Shown: positions 40,691-53,206 of the stretch, piece after piece
How positions within the stretch are numbered: the first letter of the stretch is position 1
How the letters are laid out: every line of letters begins with the position of its first letter
Assembly (NCBI RefSeq): GCF_006345805.1
Contig: NC_043012.1
Span: 56,668,001 to 56,732,000, forward strand
From: Octopus sinensis
Lineage: Eukaryota
Direction: 5' to 3'
DNA: 64,000 nt
Made by a program: the position numbers and the translations under genes
The notes under the pieces: model-generated
Databases searched by the model: none
The model's input: only the letters and a program-made list of their open reading frames with translations
What the model was told of the DNA's origin: nothing

Positions 40691-41261
40691 CGAGGGACGT
40701 TCAATAAGTAATGCCCCTGACCCACTTGCAGTTGTTTGATCTAGCTGAAATTTTGCATGTGCAATTATTTATATCTCTATTGATTAGGTGGAAAATTACA
40801 GCTCTGAACTAATTGTGGTTTCTGATTTACAGGTGTTTGAACTGAGTCAAGTGTGAAATGGAGCAAGAAAGGCATCCTCCTCCTGCAGGACAACGCTCCG
40901 GTCAACAACTCGCTTGTCGCCAGATCAGAAGCACAGGCATGCGGCTATGAACTCCTCCCCCATCCCTCCTACTCTCCTGACCTTGCACCCTCTGATTTTC
41001 ACCTCTTCCCAGCCATGAAGTTGTTTTTGAAAGGAAAGCATTTCCCAGATGATGCAGCCTTGACTTCTGAAGTCACGTCGTGGTTGGAGGACCAAGCTGG
41101 GGTCTTCTACAAAAACGGTCTCCAGAGCTGCATCAAACGATGGGAGAAATGCGTAACTCTGGGTGGTTTCTATGTAGAAAAAGACTAATAACTGTGCCAA
41201 GTTTCGTTGCTCTACTGCTATGGGAAGTGGGTCAGGGGCATTACTTATTGAACGCTCCTTG
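40691..41261 (+). mobile_element. Internally deleted mariner, same family as 1772-3041
   Basis: Both TIRs and TA TSDs present; retains QDNAP...HPSYSPDLAPSDFHLF with 34 residues between the catalytic Ds. Confidence 0.95.
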
Positions 41262-42139
41262 TATGCTGTGACTTGCAGTTAACAAATAAATACCATGGGC
41301 CCCAATGGTTTGCTATAATGTTACTAAGATGGCCTTGCAAGAGTCTTACTCTTGTACTCTTACTTGTTCCAGTCATTTGACAGTGGCCATGCTGGAGCAC
41401 TGCCTTGCATATTTTTTTAGATTGCTATATATATTTTCATGGAGGTGGTAGGGGAGACTTATCCAAAAGTGTTCTGTTAACATGTTTTATGTGATTAATG
41501 TTTTCTAGGCACAGGCATGACTGTGTGGTTAAAAAGCTTACGTTGCAACCACATGGTTCTGGGTTCAGTTCCACTGCATTGCACCTTGAGCCAGTGTCTT
41601 TTATTATAGCCTTGGGCTGACCAATGTCTTGTGAGTGAATTTGTTAGATAGAAACTGTGGAAGCCTGTCACATATGTATATATGTGTGCGTGTGTACGTT
41701 TGTAGGTGCAAGTGTGTGTATGTGTGTGTGTGTGTATTTACCACCAGCAACACCACTTGACAACCAATGTTGGTTTGTTTACAAACCCTTAACTTAGCAG
41801 TGTGGCAACAGAGATCAATAAAATAAGTATCAGACTCAAAAAATAAGCACTGAGTTCAATTTGTTTGACTGAAAACCCTTCAAGGTGGTGCCCCAGCATA
41901 GCCACAGTCCAATGACTGAAAGTAGTAAAAAATATAAAATATATATATATAGGCTACCACTGCTCTGACCACAATCCCTAATCCACAAGTCAGAGCTGAC
42001 AAGGAAGCCTCTACATGGTTTCTTAACCTGCTAGAAGAAGCAGCCAAATTACCCACAGTCAAATCCCTGTTGTCTTAAAGAGAAAATATAAATTGGATAA
42101 TATGGTCCTAAATATTACACCATATTCTGAAAATGAGAT

Positions 42140-42349
42140 GGGGTTGTTATAACCCCAAGATTCCAAGTTCAATTCCAGGCAGTGACCTGAACAACAACAA
42201 CATCGATGACGATGACAACGACGAAAAATACCAAGGTTCGAAATTTCCCCATAACACCTGATGAAGGCTGGAGAGCATATCAACCAAAACGTTTTGTTAA
42301 TAACAAACAAGATGAGGAAAAATATCCGTCAAATGTAAATAATGTAAAT
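42140..42349 (+). mobile_element. Repeat with tRNA-like half, (AAC)/(GAC) tract and hammerhead-bearing Penelope-like tail
   Basis: B-box-like GTTCAATTCC at 42167-42176; hammerhead motif at 42252-42299. Confidence 0.5.
42252..42299 (+). ncRNA. Minimal hammerhead motif, C3-G8, G12 mutated
   Basis: UAACAC CUGAUGAA GGCUG..CAACC AAAACGU U UUGUUA. Confidence 0.62.
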
Positions 42350-42747
42350 CATGTTTTACTATCCTAATCTTTTAGGTTTTACTTGTTTTCAGTTATTAGG
42401 CTGTGGCCATGCTGGGGTACCACCTACGAGAGAGTAGTCAAACAAATTGACCCAGGTACTTATATTTTAAGTCTGGTACTTATTCTATCAGTCACTTTTA
42501 CTGATCTGCTAAGTTACAGGCAATGGGTTTCTATACAGATTCTGTCTACTAAATTTACTCACAAGGCATTGATCAGCCTGGAGCTATAGTAGAAGATACT
42601 TGCCCATGGTGCTGTGCAGTGGGACTGAACCCATATTCACATGGTTAGTTGCAAAGTGAGCTTCTTAACCCCACATCTTGAGAAAAAGAAATCCATTGTG
42701 TATTACAGTCTTAAATAAAATTGCTTGAAATAAAGATAGAATAACCA

Positions 42748-42978
42748 ATTTCTTTACTACCCACAAGGGGCTAAACACAGAGGAGACAAAGAAGGACAGA
42801 CAAACGGATTAAGTCGATTATATCAACCCCAGTGCGTAATTGGTACTTATTTAATCGACCCCGAAAGGATGAAAGGCAAAGTCGACCTCGGCGGAATTTG
42901 AACTCAGAACATAGCGGCAGACGAAATACGGCTACGCATTTCGCCCGGCATGCTAACGTTTCTGCCAGCTCGCTGCCC
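42748..42978 (-). mobile_element. SINE family B
   Basis: Full length; TSD AGATAGAATAACC. Confidence 0.9.
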
Positions 42979-43580
42979 TTTATAGATAGAATAACCGCAG
43001 TTGTAACATCTTGATCTGAGTGGACCTGTGGTTAAACAACACTAACAACCCTCCCCACACTATACCCAGGATCCCCACACCACTTCTTATAAATATCACT
43101 TTACCTCTTGTCTTTGCATTATAGATTAACGCACACAGATAATAGTGTAGTTTAACACTCACAGTTGTAGGTCAACTTTAAACAGCTTGTATTTATTCCA
43201 CCCACTGTGGGCCATTCTTAGTCTGCATTTTCCTTGATCAACAACTTGTCAAGTTGCATTTCGTAATTTATTATATTTTTTTTCTTTTACATTTAAACAT
43301 ATATAATTTACTCACGGAATAATTACACAAGCAAAATAATCACTCACACACATACACACACGGAATAATCACATAATAATCACACAGATATGTAATCACA
43401 ATATGTGGCATACATACACATATAACAAGTACACACACACACATCTATTCATTATAGGAATACTAGTATTTCTCTTCTTCTTAAGATAGCTTGGATCAAT
43501 GTTTGTTTCCCAACTATTCCACACACCCCACTCCCAGACCCCCACCTTAACGTTCCAGAAAAATGTACGCTCCACCCATG

Positions 43581-43965
43581 TTTACTCTTTTACTTGTTTC
43601 AGTCATTTGACTGTGGCCATGCTGGAGCACCGCCTTTAGCCGAACAAATCGACCCCAGGACTTATTCTTTGTAAGCCTATCAGTATCTTATTCTATCGGT
43701 ATCTTTTGCTGAGCCGCTAAGTTACGGGGATGTAAAACACACCAGCATCGGTTGTCAAGCGATGTTGGGGGGGGGGGGCAAACACAGACACATAAACATA
43801 TACACACACACACATACATATAAACGACGGGCTTCTTTCAGTTTCCGTCTACCAAATCCATTCACAAGGCTATAGTTGAAGACACTTGCCCAAGGTGCCA
43901 TGCAGTGGGACTGAACCCGGAACCATGTGGTTGGTAAGCAAGCTACTTACCACACAGCCACGCAT
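43581..43965 (-). mobile_element. SINE family A
   Basis: Family match. Confidence 0.88.
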
Positions 43966-44915
43966 GCGCATTGCAGGCAATGAAGAAATATCTAACAGTT
44001 TAGTATTTTACAGACGAGAAAGCAATATTTCAGTGTAGCTGTGAAAACAGCATAAAGACTATGTATTTTACCCTTACCAAATGGTCTAACAGTTTAGTCT
44101 ACTTGTTTGCATTGGTTGATATTCATAGCGAAAACAAAAGGAAATAATTCTAATTTGGAATGGTGAAGCTTGAAGCAGATCAAACTACAAATAATAATGT
44201 GTAAATATTAGGTTAAAAGCCACCTTTGGATAGAAAATGTCAAAGTCATGTTTACAGAAAATGCAGGTTCGTGTGCATGGGCAGTCTGACATTTTCTATC
44301 CAGATGTGGCTGTGTGGTAAATCACATGGTCCCGGGTTCAGTCCCACTGCATCACACCTTAGGCAAGGGTCTTCTACTATAATCTCTGAGTAGATTTGGT
44401 AGGCAGAAATGGAAAGAAGCATGTTGTGTGTGTGTGTGTGGGTATATATATATATTACTCTGATCAAATCTTCCATGTGTTAACATGTACCTCCTAACAA
44501 CTGATATTTATGTTCCCATAACTTAACAGTTTGGCAAAAAGAGATTGATAGAATAAGTACTAGGTTTAAAAGAAAAATAAATAAGTACTGAGGTTGATTC
44601 ATTCGACTAAAATACTTCGATGCAGTGCCCCAGTATGGCCACAGTAATGACAGAAGCAAGTCAAAGATAAAAAAAATAAAGGAATTTTTAACTCAATATC
44701 CATGTGTTATTTATTAGTTATAGCTTTATCTTCTATGAGTTCCACCATTCTGGTAAAGAATTATTTCATGTTCTCTTGAAGTTTTTAAATTATAACAGCA
44801 ACAAATGAAAATAATTTTGTTTTGAAGATTGTATCTTTTCTGGGAATATTAAACTCATCTTCAGAGTGCACATTTACAATATTTAAACCGGCACTACATT
44901 TTGATCCAGTACATT

Positions 44916-45253
44916 GTGAAGGCGCATGGCCCAGTGGTTAGAGCATCGAGCTTACGATCGCGAGGTTGTGAGTTCGGATCCCGGACCAGGCTGCTTGTTG
45001 TGTTCTTGAGCAAGACACTTTATTTCACGTTGTTCCAATTCACTCAGCTGTGGAAATGAGTTGTGACGTCATAGGTGCCAAGCTGTATCAGCTCCTTTGC
45101 CATTCCCTTGGATAACACTGGTGGCGTGGAGAGGGGAGGCCAGTATGCATGGGTGACTGCTGGTCTTCCATAAACAACCTTGCCCGGACTTGTGCCTGGG
45201 AGGGTAACTTTCTAGGTGCAATCCTATGGTCAGTCATGACTGAAGGGGGTCTC
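44916..45253 (+). mobile_element. tRNA-derived SINE family D (CORE-like)
   Basis: A-box TGGCCCAGTGG, B-box GAGTTCGGATCC, CORE-like TGTGTTCTTGAGCAAGACACTTTATTTCAC. Confidence 0.88.
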
Positions 45254-47529
45254 AACATGTTGATCCATTTGATCTCTGATCATCTTCAGGTGTCTTAGTC
45301 TTGAATAATCTACATGAACATGGACTGGATTTAAGCAAGAAACTTTTATTTCTAAACCAGGATTGGTGTTTTCATCCACTAAGCTGCTGCTTGGTACATA
45401 AACATGCAAGTGGATTAGTGAATAGATAAGAACACAATAGTTGTAATAACAACAGCTTGTCTTAGTCTTATAGGCTAACTATGTAAGTTAAGGGGAGGCC
45501 TGAAGAATAATTAGCAAAATTTCTTGGCAGGAATGTAACAAGTGTATCTAAAGACCCACTATAAAGTATTAACATAGTGTTGTGTTTTTACAGGTGGGGA
45601 AAGGGTTGCACTTCCTTATAGCTATTCAAAAGTGAATTTGTAAAGTTGTCAAAGCATTGGCAAGAATGAGTCACAACATGTGTTCTAACAGCTGTGACTT
45701 GAGTTCAAAACCTGCTGAGATCAACTTTGTCCTTCATTCTTTCGTTTGCTGTGAGGGGAGTTGATTAAAAAAAAGGGTACTCATCCAGAATGGCAGATTC
45801 ACGGAACTGTAAGAATGCCAAACAGGAAGTAATACAGTATTTATCCAGGCTTTTTGCATTTCAAGTTCAAATTTTGCCTTCAACTTACTTGGATAGTAGA
45901 CTTGATCTGCCGCCTAGTTTAACAACGCAACCTTGCAGCCAGGGTATCTTTCAGAGTCTAACCCAGTCGCAAACACTTGGGGTAGATCACTGGTATGGGG
46001 ATATTTCTCCCTTCTACACACCAACTACATTTTAAAATGAAATACAGTATCATCAATCCAGTTAATCATTTGTCAAATACATTATTTGCAACAATAAATC
46101 ATACAGGAAGAGTGATACATAGTTACATTGACTTTATTCTGATTAAAATAAACCTGAATATTTCAGTATACCAAGCATAAATACCAAACATTTTTTCTTC
46201 CAATTCAGACTTGTTTATACAGGCAAATAGCATGTTTGGAGATGGGATGTATTCTTAGAATATAGTTTAGTTGGCAAGCAGTCAGGTACCATTACCGGGC
46301 AACACATAGCACCAGCACTGAAAGCACCAGTGCTGATTGCACTAGACTGATACCATTAGTGTTGATAGAACCAGGCAACTAGGCTAAATAGGGAACAAAT
46401 ATGGAAGGGTTGTCATCATGGTTACCCAGACATACTCTTCAATCCCCTGATCCAGTTCATTTAATTTCTAGTCAATCAAATTTTAAGAGTTCCTCTATTT
46501 ACTTATTGAGAAAGAATTCTCATTAATGCTGAGGAAAGAAATTTTCTTAAAAATTCTTTCTGTTATAGGCAGAGCCCGAAAATTTTTTTGGGGGTGGGGT
46601 CGATTATATCAAACTCAGAATTCAACTGGTATTTTATTTTATCAGCCATAAAAGGATGAAAGGCTAAGCTAATCTTAGTGGAATTTGAACTCAGACTGTA
46701 AAACCAAAAGAATTTGCAGCTAAACATTTTGTCTGGCATGATAATTATTCTACAAAGTCACTGCCTTTTTCTTTTCAATAATTAAATTTCAACTAATTAA
46801 AAAATAGTTTTCAGCTCACCATGTCTAGTTATAATGGCCTGAATATAATGACATTTCCTTCATCCTTCATTTTTAGTGGGCGTTATTAATTTCACAAAGA
46901 TACAAGCAGGAATTTATTCACATAGAAAGAACTGCACCCTGTGACTTTTTATTAGCGGTTTGAAGTCACAAGCTTCTATATTAAAACCTTGTGAATTCTC
47001 TGTCATATTTAGGAAAAAATTATGTGAACATAAGAAACTTCAAGCTGTGACTTCTTGATTAGGTGAGACAGTTGATACCTCTCGCAATGTCTCCATAATT
47101 TGGCTTACAATAGCAGTTGTTTTCTTTTCTTTATTCTTTTGCTTTTACACTATGGGGGTGGTGGGGTTTTAAATGCAATTAAACATAGACTTAAAACAAC
47201 AGGTAGGCAGTAATTAATAAAACTTTATGTTAAACAATGAGTTGGGGGTAATTAATAAAATTTAATGCTACTGTAACACAAGCAAATTCAAAGAACTAGA
47301 TATTAATGAAACACAGGTGCAAATAATAATATGATTAATTTCTTATTTAGGTATAAGGCCAGGAATTTTGAGGGGAAAGAGGTTAGATGATGCCAATGAC
47401 CTTAGTACTTGACAAATATCTTATTTTATCAAATGTGGAAGAATGGAAATTGAAGTTAACTTAACCTTTTTGTTACCATATTTATTTTGAGATGCTCTTT
47501 GTTTCTATCAATTGATTTTGTGCTTCTTT

Positions 47530-47880
47530 ACTTTTAGATACCCATTTTGGCCCATCACGTTTATGCAGACTGCTCACCCCTTAATGTGACAGACTAGCTA
47601 AGCATCCCAACACCAGATATTTAAAGGACCCTTTGTTCCAGCTAATTCCTTAGGGAGGTGGATTTTGTAACCAGAATCTTTGATGCTGTTTTGCATTTTT
47701 TCTAACATTTGTCTTCAACTTTGAGAAGCATTTTGTTGTTATGCCAGTTGATGTATTTCACTTAAGCATCAGAATAAATGTTGCAGTGCAGTCAACTTTA
47801 ACTTGTTTTTGCATTTTCCCAATGTTATTCATCCTGAATCGTATGAACCAGACAACATAATATTATCAGGACTTAAACCA
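47530..47880 (-). mobile_element. Possible highly decayed L1/Tx1-like RT fragment
   Basis: Short minus-strand motifs DSGYKIHL and GISWNKGSFKYL; many stops and frameshifts. Confidence 0.3.
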
Positions 47881-47919
47881 TATTGCATACATTTAACCAC
47901 ATCGCTAAAATACTATTAA

Positions 47920-48110
47920 TAATAGGTAACTGGTGCACTTGGTACAACATCCAAACTGTTGCCTGAGAGGCTGAAGGATATTGAAAGTGAAACCTGCATT
48001 GTTGATCTGCAGAAAAGTACCATTCCATATTTTACTAGAAACCAAAGAAAGATTCTTGAGATTTGAGGAGATTTTGTCACCAAAACTCAGGATGACATCC
48101 AAGCTAATTA
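47920..48110 (+). mobile_element. R4/Dong-like LINE 3' end
   Basis: TGALGTTSKLLPERLKDI...LQKSTIPYFTRNQRKILEI* resembles the RLE C-terminal GALG...LQK...RILRKVL motif. Confidence 0.65.
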
Positions 48111-48172
48111 AATTAGCATATAATATCCTGTTATGTCTGGGGAGAGTCATTTACTTTTTGTGCCTTATAATG

Positions 48173-48363
48173 TAACACACTCACCGGTAAAATTTCCACT
48201 TTTTATTTTCCTAAAATTTTCGTTGCGTCTTGCAACCTTTTTAATAGTCTACTACTGAAAAGCTTGCAAGACGCAATGAAAATTTTAGGAGTTAAGACTA
48301 TTGAAAAGGTTGCAAGACGTAACAAAAATTTTAGGAAAATAAAAATAAGTGGAAATTTTACCG
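48173..48363. mobile_element. Inverted and tandem Penelope-like terminal repeats with three hammerhead motifs
   Basis: Motifs at 48211-48247 (-), 48252-48288 (+) and 48298-48334 (+); outer arms are reverse complements. Confidence 0.7.
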
Positions 48364-48647
48364 ACTCCATTGAAACAATTGTACTGCATATCCTTGTTGC
48401 TTATTTTGATTATAATCACCTTATTTTAAATTGTATGGATAATACCATACTAAATTCTATTGCCTTCAATTTAAGTACCATATTCATCTGAATCTAAATT
48501 TTTACTGAACTTATCTACCGTATATATATATAGCCGAAATTTGCCATGATGAATCGGTTTCTGACTGAAGAATGAAGGCTCTGAATTACTGTCCGTTTTT
48601 CCGTGTTTGTCAATTCGTGAATTTCACGTTCTTTATATATAAGTTTT

Positions 48648-48691
<44 letters not shown>

Positions 48692-48780
48692 TAATCCAAA
48701 CCTGAAAACACAACAACATGAGGGCGTGGAACAAGTATAGTATTATTGGACGCTCAAGAAAGAAGGAAAGAATAAGGAGG

Positions 48781-48815
48781 GTTTAACGTTTCAAGCAGAG
48801 CTCTTTGTCAGAAAC
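48781..48815 (-). ncRNA. Minimal hammerhead motif (CpG-decayed) in a pLTR-like repeat (48690-48895)
   Basis: GUUU CUGACAAA GAGC UCU GCUU GAAACGU U AAAC. Confidence 0.62.
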
Positions 48816-48901
48816 ATAGGAAAAGGAAAGATCCAAAGAAGGGAAGATGGAGGAAAAAAATCACCAACGTTATACACGCGGTCACATTTTGAATGTATAT
48901 A

Positions 48902-48954
<53 letters not shown>

Positions 48955-49857
48955 ATACACACCCATATGCACGTATGTGTCAGGTTACCTCGCAGTTTCC
49001 ATCTCACAAATTCACTCATAAGGCAGGCTGAAGACACTTGCCTAAGGTGCCATACACATTGAAACTAAACCCAAGCAAGCCTGGTCTTGGTTTTATATAT
49101 AGTTTATCTCATTTGATTCATGAAGGGCTAACTACTTCAAAGCAAAACAACACAATAAGTTACTGTAATACCATATTAATTATTAATTGGAGCAGGTAAT
49201 CATAATTATGATGACATTAACTTAGATGGATGGATAGACAGATAGGTAAACCGAGCCACTAATAACAATTAATAATTATAGTGATGGCTTAATTCCAATC
49301 CTTTACAATTGGAGCAGATAATTCAAAGAGGGAAAGGTCAAAGCTAATGAGATAATCTTGCTAATCTTTGGTCAATACACGAAATAAGATGATTGAAACT
49401 TCAATAATAAGAGCATATGTGTGTGTGTGTGTGTGTGTTTGTGTTGTGTGTAGTATGTATGAGTAAGAAGTGGGGGGAGGAGAGAAAGAGAGGGTGAGAG
49501 ATAGAGATAAATAGAAAGAGAGTGTGTGTGTGTGTGTGTGTGATTTAGCATACATGTAAGAAGGAGATTAATTCCGGTCCAGACACAAAGTGCATCTCAA
49601 AATTTGGTACCGGCTTAATCAAACAAACATCACTAAACAAGAGGCCAGCTGCAGATGCTGGTAGGAGTGGTGTCAATGGTAATGGTGACGATATAAGGAT
49701 AATAACTGGTAAATGATGATGGTGAGCTGATAATAGGAGTTATATAAGAGCAAAGAGGATAGAGCAACATTAGTATAGCCATCACTTGCAAGTGGGTATT
49801 ACTTCGTGACATGTACCAGCATCATCATTTAATGCCTGCTTTCTATGTTAGCATGGG

Positions 49858-50119
49858 TATAAGTAAAAGGTAATGTTATCCTTCTTGAATCATGCTGACT
49901 CATAAGAGCTGGTTTCCCAGTTAACATAGCGTATAAATTTTCCACCTGGATGAGACACCAGCACATCACAGGATTACTCACTTTTGCCAGCTGTGTGGAG
50001 TGCAGCAATGTGAAATGAAGTGTTTTGCTCAAGAATACATGTTGCCCGGTCCAAGAATTGACACCACAATCTTATGATAGTGAGTGCAACACTCTAACCA
50101 CTAAGCCATGCACCTCCAC
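49858..50119 (-). mobile_element. tRNA/CORE-like SINE with a tail shared with 53629-53950
   Basis: Family D-like head; tail TGTGATG..CTGGTGTC.CATCCAG...CTGGGAAACC. Confidence 0.7.
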
Positions 50120-50127
50120 ATGCTCAC

Positions 50128-50535
50128 TTTTTACTCTTTTACTTGTTTCAGTCATTTGACTGTGGCCATGCTGGAGCACCGCCTTTAGTTGAGCAAATCG
50201 ACCCCAGGACTTACTCTTTGTAAGCCTAGTACTTATTCTATCAGTCCCTTTTGCCGAACCGCTAAGTTACAAGGGCGTAAACACACCAGCATCGGTTGTC
50301 AAGCAATGTTGGGGGACAAGCACAGACACACAAACATACACACACACATATATATATATATATACATATATAAGACAGGCTTCTTTCAGTTTCCGTCTAC
50401 CAAATCAACTCACAAGGCTTTGGTTGGCCTGAGGTTATAGTAGAATACACATGCCCTAGGTGCCACACAGTGGGACTGAACCCAGAACCATGTGGTTCAT
50501 GAGCAAGCTACTTACCACACAGCCACTCCTACGCC
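50128..50535 (-). mobile_element. SINE family A
   Basis: Family match. Confidence 0.88.
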
Positions 50536-51036
50536 TATATATTAGCATGGGTGAAACGGTTTGATAGAAGCTGACAAGTCAAAAGACTGTGCCAAACTCT
50601 ATGTCTGCTTTGGAAAGAGTTCTACAGCTGGATGCTCATTTTAGGGCCAACCACTTTACAGAGTGTACTGGATGCTTTTTACATGATACCAGCACAAGGG
50701 TTTTCAGTGCCTATTTCTGCTTGCAGCCTCTATATGGGCACCTGACCCATTAGAAATAGCAGCCACACTTCCTCGGTGGCAGAGACAACTGTACAGTGCC
50801 AAATGATAGGCAGACTTGATGTGGGATCATCCCACTTGCTCCTGAGCCAGCAAAATATCGTTAATGTGACAGCAGGAAGGCAAGAGGCTGCACCAGCAAT
50901 CAGCTTGTATTCCTTTTCTGCTAAGTAGATAGGAGCAACATGAAATGATATGCCTGACTCAAAGGAACAATAGACTACCTGGTTCAAAGGTAACATTAAC
51001 AACTGTTGGCAATATGAGTGACTCCAAGGTAGCAAC

Positions 51037-51558
51037 TTGTACTTTACTTGTACTTGTGGTGACATTCACCCTGGGCGGGTTGAGTCCGCTTCTTCTACCA
51101 CCCTCGAGGCATCTCGAACCCATGGTAGCCCACGCACGACGGTCCTGTGCCAGTTCACTGGAGATAGCGAGCCAGTCACGGTTCCATCGGCGCAGGCCGA
51201 TGTTGCCATTGTATTCACCATTGAGAATTCATGGAAGAAGTTTCGTGGGAATATGTGGATTTCACAAGCGGTCCCCAACAATCCCGCATGTAGAGACATC
51301 CTGTTTGCCGCAGATTGTCCGCAGACGCTGGGACAGAATGACCGAGGAGCTGCCGGTTGTCGAAACAGACACTCCGAGGATTTTCACCAGATCTGCCGGG
51401 TTGTGGCCCTAATACCACTAGGTGTCAGACCAATACCACTAGGAGTCAGACCAATACCACTAAGTGTCAGACCAATCCGCCTTGGGTGGCCCTACCCGTT
51501 GCCAGCGTCCCCACCACTGTGAGGAGTGGATGGACTTTGCATCCCCAAAGTCCATCCC
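51037..51558 (-). mobile_element. Non-autonomous, internally deleted RTE element
   Basis: 15-bp TSD CTCCAAGGTAGCAAC; ORF end RRWNRDWLAISSELAQDRRAW...ADSTRPG*; (CAAGTA)-type tail; GC-rich non-coding 5' part. Confidence 0.85.
51411..51476. repeat. 21-bp tandem repeat x3 inside the RTE derivative
   Basis: AATACCACTA(G/A)G(T/A)GTCAGACC repeated three times. Confidence 0.95.
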
Positions 51559-51799
51559 CTCCAAGGTAGCAACAGCAGAATATGAGTAATTATGGTGATA
51601 ACATTGAGTATAAGTGATGGCATGGTGGTAAGTATTGCAATGGTGGTAACGGCTGTCGTATCAGGAGTAATGTGTGATTGCAGGTGTAGCTCTCAGGTCG
51701 AGATGAAATCATATGAGTGCCATTAGGACATAAGTGTGTCATGATATTTTAAACCTGGCCAGGCTCAACCCTCTTCAAGTCTGAACACAGCTGATTTCT

Positions 51800-51864
<65 letters not shown>

Positions 51865-52002
51865 CGGAGAAGAGGGGGAAATCAAATTTGGTACTTGACT
51901 GGTACTTTATTTATAGAAGCTGAATTGAACTCGACACTGCAAGCTGTTCCTGCTGTACCTAGGTGGATTGAGAAATTTGGGAGTAAAACATCCTAAAGAC
52001 AT

Positions 52003-52113
52003 AGGCGCAGGAGTGGTTGTGTGGTAAGTAGCTTCTACTATAGCCTCGGGCTGACCAAAGCCTTGTGGGTGGATTTGGTAGACGGAAACTGAAAGAAGCC
52101 CAACGTATATATG

Positions 52114-52161
<48 letters not shown>

Positions 52162-52198
52162 GTATGCATGTATATATATATATATGTATGTATGTATG

Positions 52199-52235
<37 letters not shown>

Positions 52236-52481
52236 ATGTATGTGTGCGTATATGTTTGTGTCTGTGTTTGTTCCCACCATCACTTGTTAACCAATGCTGG
52301 TGTGTTTACGGCCCACATAACTTAGTGGTTCGACATAAGAGACCGATAGAATACGCACTGGGCTTACAAACAATAAGTCCTGGGGGGTCGATTTGCTCGA
52401 CTAAAGGCGGTGCTCCAGCATGGCCACAGTCAAACGACTGAAACAAGTAAAAGAGTAAGAAGAGAGAGAGTAAAAGAGTAA
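52003..52481 (+). mobile_element. SINE family A with a deletion in the head
   Basis: GGCGCAGGAGTGG..GTAGCTT joined directly to CTACTATAGCC. Confidence 0.85.
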
Positions 52482-53206
52482 AGAATGGGTTAAGCTGACA
52501 CGTGCAGATAAAGAGAATACGAGGTGTGCAAATAACATTTGAGAATTGGCAATGTCTGTTGAAGCTAAGTGGAATAAATTTCAATGTGAAAACTGAGCTT
52601 AAACAACATGAAACAAGAGTGAGATGTTGATAAAGAACAGATGCTCAGATGAAGCTGATTATAATTCTGATGTTAACAGTGATAAACCGTTCACTTTGCA
52701 GTATCATCTTTTACTTACAAAGAGGTCAATTAGACATGGTTTATCATCACTACTGTCAGTTGTTTGGTAAACATAGGAGAAAGGTTTTGTACTTTATGAT
52801 GTTGGTTATGTAAATAGTTGTGACTATACATAAGTGGCTTAGTTTACCTAGTATAGATCCGAAACAAGTGACTATTATCAACAACAAAACAAACAAAAAA
52901 AATTATTGGAAATGAGAAAGACGCAAAACTGTGAAATAGGAGATTTTATGCAAATGTGAGACCAAGATATAATCTATCAGATGACAACCATGAAGTGTCA
53001 AGAAAACACTTATCAAATTCAGATTTTACACACAAACACACAAAAAAAGTCCACTACATTTTCTCCAAATTGTTTAATTCACTTTTTCCTTTATTTTGCA
53101 TCACAAAGAAAATATGAAAGCAACTGTGCTTTATAAGCATCAACTGATGTGTGCAGAAGAGCTGACTACATTGTTAAATGATAAAGAGCATAGGGTAAAA
53201 AATGTG

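Noticed and set aside
50945-51522. 155-aa and 161-aa plus-strand ORFs
   Set aside because: They are antisense to a GC-rich RTE remnant and show no protein motifs
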